From NCBI GenBank assembly GCA_047495785.1, contig JBLDXI010000032.1, positions 186,001 to 250,000 of the forward strand: a DNA stretch of 64,000 nucleotides, in the 5' to 3' direction. The notes under the pieces are model-generated. The model was not told where the DNA came from. It worked only from the letters and a program-made list of their open reading frames with translations, and ran no database searches. The DNA is from Lepidodermella squamata. Lineage: Eukaryota > Animalia > Gastrotricha. Below are positions 50,580-60,709 of this stretch, in pieces (position 1 is the stretch's first letter; each line of letters opens with the position of its first letter). The position numbers were made by a program, and so were the translations under genes.

Positions 50580-53010
50580 ATGATTCTTGCATCGTCCATA
50601 GCAGTCATTTATCTGCTAGCAACTCCACTGAATGCCCAAACCTTCAAATATGTTGCGAAAGATGACGGAAAGGTGTTAGATCAAGTTCCTCTAAGGATTC
50701 CATTGATTGCGAATCAACGTGAGTTTGTCTCTCAATGTGGGACGTCAACCTTATTTTCGTGTTATTTCAGGCGAACATGGACAACTGGCCACAGAGGGTA
50801 TCAAAATTGCCCTTGAGGCTATTCGAAATTCCTCGACGCTTATCACAAGTTACAACCTTGAAATTGACACAACTGATGACCGTTGCAACTCTGCTGTTGG
50901 AGTCTCAATGGTCGTCAGCATCCTGAATAGCATAACAGAAGGTGGTTCGCATACTTTTCCTCTGATACTGGGTCCACACTGCACTGGGGGAACCTTTTCA
51001 GGCTTAGCTTTCCGCCCGAATAATGTAGTCAGCTTCTCGACCTGGATTCTAGCAGTTGGTGACTCCAGGTTTGGCTTGATGCCTTCTTTTGATTCAGTCT
51101 TCATGGCTTTACCGTATTTCATCAACGGCAACGGCTGGAAACGCGTTTTTCTCTTCGCCGACAGTCTCATCACGCGTCGTAAACTCAATGAATTTCTCGC
51201 GGAAGGATTTCAAAAGCTGAATATAACTTTAGCCGGGGTCGTAACAGTAATTTTTGACGGGGCGGAACCACCCAGCTACTCAGTTATCCAGAGCTCTGTT
51301 GGCGAGTTAGCAGTAATGGACCCTCGTATCATAATTTTGAATACTGCATTGACAGTGAGTGTTGCATGCGCACTATATGATTTTAATCTTTTCGGTCCTC
51401 AATACGTGATACTGGCACCAGGTAATGCAATTTTCCTCCCTGATGCCCCTAACAAACCTCCAGGCTGCAGCGAAAAGATGCTGTTCGAAGTTCTTCAATC
51501 CGTCATCTACTTCTCACATGGAAAACGGCTTGATATCTATCCAGATTTAAAAGATGTTCTTGGACTGACTGGTCGGCAATTTGATGAGATCTTAAAGTCA
51601 AGGGTTCCAAATGCTGAGTTCCTACCAAGCTGGCATTTTGTTCGAGACCATTACTACACAGAAGTCGTTGCTGCTGCTGTTGTGCTCAACAAAACAGAAG
51701 CTTTACTTAGAAACCGTGGCGAGACCCTGGCGGACTGGGTTTCTTACAAAGAAAAATTCAAACAAAATGGAACATTTATAAGTTCTGTCATTCGTGAACA
51801 AGTCATCAACTTGCGTTTTGATAGCTTCACTATGGAGCCTGAACAACCTCTACGGACATTGAAAGCTCTAAGTGCTTTCTATCAAGTTCAAACAATTGAT
51901 GACCCTAGAATTCCCCTCACCCAGCGCATCAGATCAGTTCCGATTGCAACTGTCGACACAAAATTCGAACCTCCCAAGTACGGGCAAGGGCCAGCGAAAG
52001 TGAAATGGAGGACCTTCGATGGACGTGCACCTCTAGACAGATTCACAATTTACCAGATAAATATACCTGCAATGAATATTTTGGGAAGCATAATTTTCAA
52101 AACTCTGGCGTCAATTCTTGTCGCCATCCTCCTTCTATCCATACTCTTGAGCTTGGTCCTACGCAAATCACCGAAGTATCAAGATTCCACTCTACTTACA
52201 GCTATGCTTATCCTTATCTCACTTGGCACAATCATTTTAGCGATTTCCATAATTTTGTTCCCTCAAAAAGGATCGGCGAATGATCACTTTTTCTGCATGG
52301 CGGGGGCTGCGACAATCGTAGCAGGGATTTCTATGATTTCTTGCGGATTACTGGGTTATCTTCATGTTGCATACGTCGTTGCATTCTTCCACAGCAAAAC
52401 TGTTGTTAAAGAAAAGCGGAAGAGCAAACCCTCAATACAGCCAGCGTTGTTAGCCAATCAGATGAAGAAACTAACGCCTCCGAATCCCGAAATAATTCGC
52501 TTGATCAAAGCGTCTCAGAGGCCTACTATACTGCTTTCTTTGGGCTACTTTTTTATGCACGTGGCTGTTACAACCGCTTGGTTTCTAGCTGATCCATATG
52601 AAACCTACTTGTTTTACAGCAGTTTGGAGGTAGTTAATCCAAGTCTGGCTTTACAATACGTGAAATATGGTTGCAGGTTCTCAGCTGGGTCAAATCACTC
52701 TATCGGTTTCTCTTTATTTCTGGCCGCAACTTATCTGTTGCTATATCTGAGAACTCTTTATTTGGTGTTTTGTCTGCGGAAGTTTAGAACGGCCGAACTG
52801 AGCGACATTCATTCGACTCGGTTTGTGAGCTATAGCATTGGTATCGTAGTAATTGCGGCGGCGACCGCTATTCTAGCGTTCTTCAGGGAGGCAGATCCAG
52901 AAACCTTGGATATCATCATTTTTCTGGGTGTATTAGCGATTTGTGGAATTGTTGTTTGTGTTTTAGTGGTACCTAATACTCGCAAAAATGTGAAAGTTTT
53001 GCAATCCTAG
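50580..53010 (+). CDS. GABA-B-like class C GPCR 2 (one intron, 50719-50770)
   Basis: Signal peptide; VFT (DDRCN..LILGPHC, GWKRV); seven hydrophobic segments, with WFLADP and ELSDIH; very short C-tail. Confidence 0.85.
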
Positions 53011-53552
53011 CCGAGTGGAATACAAAATGCCAAGTAAATATCCGGTAAATATCGCACATCAGGAGCATTTTGAGATTTAACAGTTGTGCCGAAGCTATTT
53101 TGTAGCATTCGAGAAATAAGACCTCAATGTGAATCAAATGCAGAATTGACATTGTCCACAATGAAGCGGTTTCAGCCTTCGTGTGAACAAATCTTACATC
53201 ATAAGAGTATTTCAGGTTCTCCGATGTCAAGATATTAGCGTCCAGCTTCGAACATAATTCTCCCTAGCTTCGATTCAAAACATTTAAAGTGTTGTGTTTC
53301 TTTTTGTTGCCAGCCATATTCGGCTGAAAAGGAAACATAGTTTAGCAGTAAATCTATCATTCGCACGGAAATAACATCATAGGAGCCCCTTGAATTGATG
53401 TAGGCACAACATACCGCCTCCATCTATTCAAGCCACCGCCCCCTCAGAAAGATGAAAAATTATTCGCAAGGTCAGCGTCAGGTTTCGCGACGTTTGTTTT
53501 TGAACTATTTGAAGATCAGCAAGATAAAAAAATCAGTCATCCCTTTTAGAAA

Positions 53553-56115
53553 ATGAAATCATATCTAGAACTAACAAGGATCTTCGTTTTGACAACCATT
53601 TGCTCAAGCTCACTGCTGGTTTTTGCTCAAGCTCCGTCAGAATGGCCGAAAATAATGAGAGCCAATATGTCGAATACACTGCAATCAAACAAGTCGCGGA
53701 CTCAAATTAGGATCCCTCTTATTGGAAGCATCGGTAATTTCTTGTTTATTACGCCGCTCAATAACAGTGATAACCTTCTTTTTCTGGTCTTCAGCTGGTC
53801 TTCAAAACGCCCATGGACCTCTTGCATTTGAGGGCATTCAAATCGCTCTCGACGCCCTAATGAATTCCACGAATCTATTCTCGAACTACGAAATAGTCAT
53901 CGAGCTGTTTGATGACAGGTGTAATGCCGCTTTCGGCGTCGATATGCTCATTAAAATGCTCGACAACATGTGGAACGGTAAGGTGAATTACGCTCCACTA
54001 ATGCTGGGTCCTCACTGCCCAGGTGGTACTTTCGCTGGCCAAGCATTTGGCCCTAATAATGTGATAAGCTTCACAACTTGGGCCGTATCGGTTGGGAGAT
54101 CCAGGATGGGCTTGATGCCGTCATTTGATGCTATTTACAATGCGCTGCCGTACTTTCTCGCCTCGCAAAATTGGAGGAGGGTTTTCCTTCTGACAGAAAC
54201 CTTACAAACTCGCAAGTTTCTTGACGATTCGATAAGTCTTGGTATGCAAGATGTAAATATGACTGTTGCTGGGGTAGTACGAATAACGTTCGATGGCACT
54301 AATCTCCCAACTCACGAAGCAGTTGGTCAAGTGATTGGAGAGCTGGCTAGTCTCGACCCTCGGGTCATGATTTTCAACACAGCCATGACAGTCGTAATTT
54401 CGTGCTATTTGTATAAATTCAAGCTCTACGGCTCGCAGTATGTCATACTCTTCAATGGAAACACGATTTTCTACCCTGACTCGCCTGCTAAGCCTCCATT
54501 CTGCTCGGAAGATCATTTGTTTGAGATATTGAAGTCTGTCATCTACTTCTCTCACGGCAAGAGGTTGGATGTATTCCCCGATGCAAAAGATGTCGTTGGC
54601 ATGTCAGGGCGTGTTTTCGATAATATGATGAAATCTAGAATTCCTGACGCTGAATTTCTGCCGCAGTGGCACTTTGTACGTGACCATTATTACAGTGAGG
54701 TTATTTCTGGCGCAGTCGTGCTTAATCGAACGGAGGCGCGTTTGGCGGAAGCTGGTCTAGGAACCATTAAGGATTGGCTCACCTCGGGCGGAAATTTTAG
54801 GAAAAATGGAGATCTCATAAGTTCTATTATTAGAAGTGAAACTGAAGATCTGAAGTATGAAAGCTTCACCCTCGAAAGCACTCTGCCCATCCACAGCTTC
54901 AAAGCCCTGAGTGCGGTGTATCAAGTCCAGGTGTCAGATGATACAAAACTAAGTTATCGAAAGCGGGTCCGCTATTACCCTGTTGGTTCTGTTGACACGA
55001 CTTACAGCCCTGTTCTAGTTCGCTATGGTCCATTCAACATCAAATGGAGAACTACGGATGGCCAGGCACCGGCCGACTCGCTCAGGATTCTTGCTACCAA
55101 AGCCCCGATAATGACTTTTTTAACCGACGTAGTTGTATCGATTATTGCAGCAATCCTACTCACACTGGACCTTGGTGTGATGCTCATCTTTTCCCTCAAG
55201 AGATCATCTCCTATCATACAAAATTCAGTGGTACAGTTGAGCACCCTCGTACTTATTGGTAGCATCCAGATGGTATGCACGGTCTTCATCTTCCCTCGGG
55301 CCTCTAGCCACGAAGCTAGTAAGTACTGTATGGCAGGGTCCTTCTCGTTCACTATCGGCTTTACGATGATAGCAGTAGCTTTGTTGGGTAAACTCCATCT
55401 TGCCTATGCCACTGGTGTTAAAGCGAAGACTTTGACTGCAAACCTGAATAGCTCCAGAGCCTCAACAAATAAATCCGGAGCTTCTCGTCCAAGTTTAGGG
55501 GTAGCTCCAGCACCCACCCCTAGGGCCAGCGCTAATAGCCGAGGGCCTAGCCAAAGTGCTAGTAGCATGATGATGACTCCAGCCCCAAAAGTCAAAACAA
55601 TAATAGACCGTCAATTTTTCGACCGAAATATCAAGCGTTGCTGCATTGCTGTGGTCATGTATGTTCTCATCGAGACCGCATTTATGAGTCTTTGGTTCGC
55701 CATCGAGCCGATAGGAACGTCTGTCCGTCATGGCGACCTTCAAATCGTTCATGAGAGTTTGGGCTACAAACCCTATCAAATTGGCTGTGAAATAGCGGCA
55801 AGTTCAACTATTTCTGTTGGCTTTATCGGTTTCTTCGTCATTTGCTACGTGCTGGTGTTCTTGCGTTCGTTGTACCTTGTTTTCGCTTTGAAGAAGTTTG
55901 AGCTTGATGAAATCAACGACTTGCATTTCACCAGAACTGTCACCTACTGTATTGGCATAGTTTTCATAGCTTGTGGCGCTTTGATTGTCGCCGTTTTCAA
56001 AGATAGCGATCCTGGCACTATTCAAACGGTATTTTTTGCGGGAATCTTCGCCATCCATGGACTATGCTTTAGTGTGATCTTCGCGCCCAAAGTAATCATG
56101 GTGCTAAAGACATAA
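53553..56115 (+). CDS. GABA-B-like class C GPCR 3 (one intron, 53734-53794)
   Basis: Tandem paralog of GPCR 2 (shared SVIYFSHGKRLD, WHFVRDHYY, LKALSA); 7TM ends IFAPK. Confidence 0.85.
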
Positions 56116-56715
56116 GTGCTAGTCTGTAAACAACGGCTGGAACTATTCGCTTCGGTGTGGTCTTCGTTACTGAAGACTTAGACTTGTCCATTGGGACTCT
56201 TAGACTCAACCTAACGCATTACTGAGCGTAGTTTTATACCAAACGTATACATTTGTAATATTCTTGAATTGTAATAAAGTGTACAGTGTACGAATGTTGT
56301 ATCATATCAAATCCACCTTAATCGCACCCTCATATGAGCGATCGATTAGATAGAGGCGACATTTCTGGTGGAACGTGGCTATCTACGCTCATAAAAAGCA
56401 CAACGCGAGGTCAGGTTAAACCTTACGCCGTTGTAATTGCATTTGCTGTTGCAGTATCTAGGTATGCGTTGGCACTTATTACACACGACACAAAAGGCTG
56501 TTTACAAGATCACACTGTATGCGAAACCGTGGTCTCCTTTTACAGTACGTCTAGCATTCGCATTGTTGTGAAAGTTTCAAATTTGTGCATAAAAAACTGG
56601 CTAGCTAACGGTGTTTCACACATTAGTCCACAAATTGTGCACAATTTCTCATTACGGATGACCCTTTGTTTAGGATGGTAAAATTGCTTAAACAGGCGAT
56701 GCTTTTCGATCAATT

Positions 56716-57910
56716 ATGACTGCTTCCCCTTATCGAGCCGCGTTAGTTGTTGCAGCGGTGATTTCAACTGTTCCAATTTTCCTGGTCCTTCGCGGGTTGT
56801 ACCATCAATGGCAACTCGAAAGGCTCTCCAACAAATGGCAAAGGCTGGATGCATACAGCCAGTTCCCATCTCAAGCGGGAGACATTTGCGCGGGCCAAAA
56901 CAAAACTTACAACGCTTCCTTAATGCATGATCCTTACTTTTTTGGGCAAATGCTTCTAAGTGGGAATTTGTAAGATTTTTCCAATATAGCTTCTAACAAA
57001 ACGATCAATTTTCCCTATTTTACAGTATTGTGAACGAACGCTACAATTTCATCGTATGCTTGTAAGGAATGCAGTGTTTCTCATGCACTTCTGGTCACTT
57101 TCTTTTGCCTCTGTAGTAATCGTGACGAGCCAGCTTTCGAAGCTGTTCAGCACTACTTTGACTTCATCGGAAGTCCGTCGCCGAAATACGAAGCTCTAAT
57201 TAGCGCCCTGCAGAAAATGCTAGCTGCAGAGTCGAAGAAACAGGAATATCTGGAAACCAAGCGTTTAATGCTTCTTGAAGACCAAGCGATTCGATTGGCA
57301 AATCCACGACTCCCAAAAGGCTTTACATGGATTGCTTTGGTCGGGAACCCACTGAATCGACTACTCGATGTGCTACAGCTGATGAATAGCAATCTTGATG
57401 ATTACATCATGCGGCCAAGATATTCGTTCGACCCTGTAGCGGTAATTAGGAATCCCAGGCAAATACCCACCTTAATATGAATTTTTGTTGTAGGATTTAG
57501 TTGTGAGGATTATCAAGAAGATGCGACCAAAGGCGATTTTGGCATACTCTCAGCCAGACATTACCTTCGAAGAGTTTTTCACCTTTCTCAATACAATGAC
57601 TCCAGCTGACGAATCTGTGCTGCTCGGAGGTGGATTGTTCACGCCTTACTACGACATCTGCAAGCCTTGTGATATCAAATACGACCACCGCTTCCGTCTG
57701 GAGACTTTCACGTCTGACTTCCAAGATTTGAGCCAAAGACTGGTCGGGAAGGACCAAATAATGGAATTTGGACCAGTGCTACAGCCTCTCCCGGATTTAG
57801 TAACTGCTGAACTTGACAAATTACCTCGTAATATTGTTTCTCAAGTCTTAACTAAACTATTTTCAACTGATTACAAGTTATTTGGTTACGAAATTCCGGC
57901 TCAAAAATAA
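56716..57910 (+). CDS. Carbohydrate sulfotransferase-like protein with degenerate PAPS motifs
   Basis: Type II TM; 36-nt exon 57026-57061 homologous to that of ST1; ITFEEF, PYYDICKPCDIKYD..RLETF and DYKLFGY. KVGTT is replaced by RDEPAF and VRDPLER by VGNPLNR. Confidence 0.75.
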
Positions 57911-57940
57911 ATCATTGTTTTTATTCATGAAAGACTTTTG

Positions 57941-59524
57941 TCATACAAAAATCACTTCGAGTTGGATGCAGTCTTTTTTCGAGCTGAAGAGACGAACAAC
58001 TTTCTCGTCGGAATCAATTGCCGAACGACCGAATAGAACTTGACCATGAGGTGTCCCGACCTCGTAGATTCGGTACAGGTTGAAAGAAGGTGCTTTGTTA
58101 CGAGGGAAAGCTCCTGGCGGGTGCCGACGGCCAATTTCGTCCCTAACCCAACTCCAAATCGGCCAGTACTCCTTGCCCTTAGTTACCGCCTCGAAAATCG
58201 TTTGATTAAGGCGGTGATATGTTAACTCTGAGCTGTAGATGAAACCTTCGCTGAAGTTGAATCGGCCCCGTTCTCGAACTTGAAACCGGAAGACACTTGT
58301 CGTTGAATTAAGCTGGCAGTTACAGACTTCCTGTTGTTTCGACTTTGCCCTCTCCAAACTTCTAATACGGTCTGCAATTTTGATGCATAGCCTGCAGCTT
58401 GAATGGACCACCGATAGATCAACCAACGCCTTGAATTGTTGCGAAGGGCCAGTTTTCTTCCAGGCCAGCAATTTTTGATACTCATTCTCATCAGCGGAGA
58501 GTTGTTGCATCTTATCCGCAATATTTAAGACCTCAGCCAGGGTTTCGATGACTAAAACTGAGTTAGTCGAGGGTTGAAATTGGCGAACGTTAGGAGCTCC
58601 GATAACAACAGGTACAGTCCCTTCAGCTAGACTTTGGTAAAACTTCTCAGTTACGTAATCAATATCGTTCGAGTTTTCAAAGGCCAAATGGAACTTGTAC
58701 TTGCCCATGATTGCCAATTTGTCAGAGTCCAGCCGCTTTTGGTTAGGCCCACATAAGCCATAGACCTCGACTATCGGCACAGGAGATCGCCGGCTTTCGT
58801 CCTCGAGGACTTCAATAGCCTCTGGTCTGAAGTTGCGAGATTCGCAGTTGGAGACAACAATCGACGACAGAGCCGCGGCAGTTTTTTCTTGAGGTGGCTT
58901 CATTATATCGTAGAGTTCCCATGAAAAGTAAGGGACAGGCACGTCGCTGTCCAGTCTAGGCGTCATAACTAGGTCAAAAGCAGATTTCGCCTCTTTCAGC
59001 CTAGATTTTTCGCAGTAGACACTCGATTCCATGGTTCGGAGGACAGATAGGCCAAGGTAAGGCTTTTCCCGAGCACTCCCGGGTTCTTCCACAAAACTAG
59101 CGTCGAAATAAATGCCCTTATCTTCGTCGCTCAACTTCGATTCGGGTGGGTAGTGAATGCAAGGAACTGGGCAGTTGTTGATTAGGGAAGATTCGTCGAA
59201 ATTAGAGCCGCCCATCCTAATAGGATTTTTCAAAAAATCTCTCGCGGGGCCTGAATCCTTATCTCTTTTAGTTCGGAAAAATCGCTGGGACCACCACAGC
59301 TTTGCAGATTGGCAGGTTCTAAAGGCCTCCTCAGCGCTGCCTGGGTTACTCCTCAAGACATTTGGAAGATGTTGATTCAAGGTGATGGCTAAATTGTTTC
59401 GAGTCTTCACGCTTGAGTAGTATAGGAAAATGACGGCAATCTCGACGAAAACACCTGCAATCAGGAATATTGAAAAGAAAGATGGCTGGCGAAAATTCCT
59501 CGGCAAAAATGCGAGAATTTTCAT
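57941..59524 (-). CDS. GT10 alpha-1,3-fucosyltransferase, plant core-FucT-like, copy 2 (intronless, 527 aa)
   Basis: RTMES; SDVPVPYFSWELYDIMKPPQEKT; SNCESRNFR; YKFHLAFENSNDIDYVTEKFYQSLAEGTVPVVIGAPN; WKKTGPSQQFKALVDLSVVHSSCRLC; VRERGRF; ends LEVIFV. Confidence 0.93.
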   Translation of the reverse strand: MKILAFLPRNFRQPSFFSIFLIAGVFVEIAVIFLYYSSVKTRNNLAITLNQHLPNVLRSNPGSAEEAFRTCQSAKLWWSQRFFRTKRDKDSGPARDFLKNPIRMGGSNFDESSLINNCPVPCIHYPPESKLSDEDKGIYFDASFVEEPGSAREKPYLGLSVLRTMESSVYCEKSRLKEAKSAFDLVMTPRLDSDVPVPYFSWELYDIMKPPQEKTAAALSSIVVSNCESRNFRPEAIEVLEDESRRSPVPIVEVYGLCGPNQKRLDSDKLAIMGKYKFHLAFENSNDIDYVTEKFYQSLAEGTVPVVIGAPNVRQFQPSTNSVLVIETLAEVLNIADKMQQLSADENEYQKLLAWKKTGPSQQFKALVDLSVVHSSCRLCIKIADRIRSLERAKSKQQEVCNCQLNSTTSVFRFQVRERGRFNFSEGFIYSSELTYHRLNQTIFEAVTKGKEYWPIWSWVRDEIGRRHPPGAFPRNKAPSFNLYRIYEVGTPHGQVLFGRSAIDSDEKVVRLFSSKKDCIQLEVIFV

Positions 59525-60709
59525 GTTTGTCGGCAGTGAATGAAAATTACTATAGGAAATTGTCCTTTAGAGATGCAGCCGGCATTGTCGATTATTTACG
59601 CGGCACGAGTGTGAGGGAAAGTCTCTTTGCGAGCTCATCTTAATAATGAAGTGTCGATGCGAGTTTTAAATATTAATAATGCGGTGCTGGTATATATCGA
59701 TTTAGGGTGGATTCTATCTCTCTATTATATGCAAATTATTCCCAGGCCACTTGTTTAGGAAACAATGCTTGATATTGTTGCATCCTTGGTAATGATGAAT
59801 GCTGAATGATGAAAAACGAAAGAAAAATTCAGGTAAAATGTACGGTAGAAGAGAGGCCTTGTTAAATCACAATCCCATAAGTAACGCAAACAAAAAATAC
59901 GGGGAAAAGGGATCAGAAACTCTAAAATGAGAGGCAAAGTCATTTCTCATGGCCAAAAAAACTTAGAATAATCCATAAGAATATTTATCAAGTATTTTTC
60001 ATGTGAATGGGGTTAAAAAATCCGAAGAAATGTGATCCAACCAGTTAAAAGCCAAAAATTACCGAACCAGTTACCATCGGGTTTTTCTCCGGTAAATTTT
60101 AAATCTCTTCGGTAAAATCATGGATAACGTATGGGAGATCCTTCCAGTGCGCTCAATTTCAAAAAATTAGTTTAATTTTCTCCAAAAATTTGCGAACTTA
60201 CAAAATGGTTGCGCAACTTAAAAGGGCACGCTGTAATGATCAATAAAATGTTTGGATAATTGGAAAATTTTATGGTATAGGTAATACTCATACTTAATTA
60301 GCACATTCATATTTTTGTTCGAATCTTTCATTCCAAATTCATGAGTATAACGATCGAATTATTCATTTTTTATACATTAGTGTTATCTTTATATCGAAAC
60401 GTAGGGATAACCGATATCTTCGCACACTTAACGCAGTGATTTCCACCACGCAAAAATGGGATAAAACAATAAAAATAAACAACTAGTTCTTTCAAGCACT
60501 CGTGCAACCGACTTGGGATAAACAAACAAAAGCAGCAGACGAAAAGCTAGCCATTTTTGCAATGTTTTTACGTACAAACGCGTTCTACCTTATCTACGCC
60601 CGCCCGCAATAAGCCGATTTCTGATGGAGGCATCAGAAAAGCCGGGCCGCTACATTTAAAAAGTTCCAGATTTTTTTTTCATCTCTTCCACCAAGAGCGA
60701 AATTTCTTC

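Noticed and set aside
48652-57910. Polycistronic operon ST1-GPCR2-GPCR3-ST2
   Set aside because: Gaps are 400-600 bp with apparent polyA signals; there is no direct evidence for trans-splicing.
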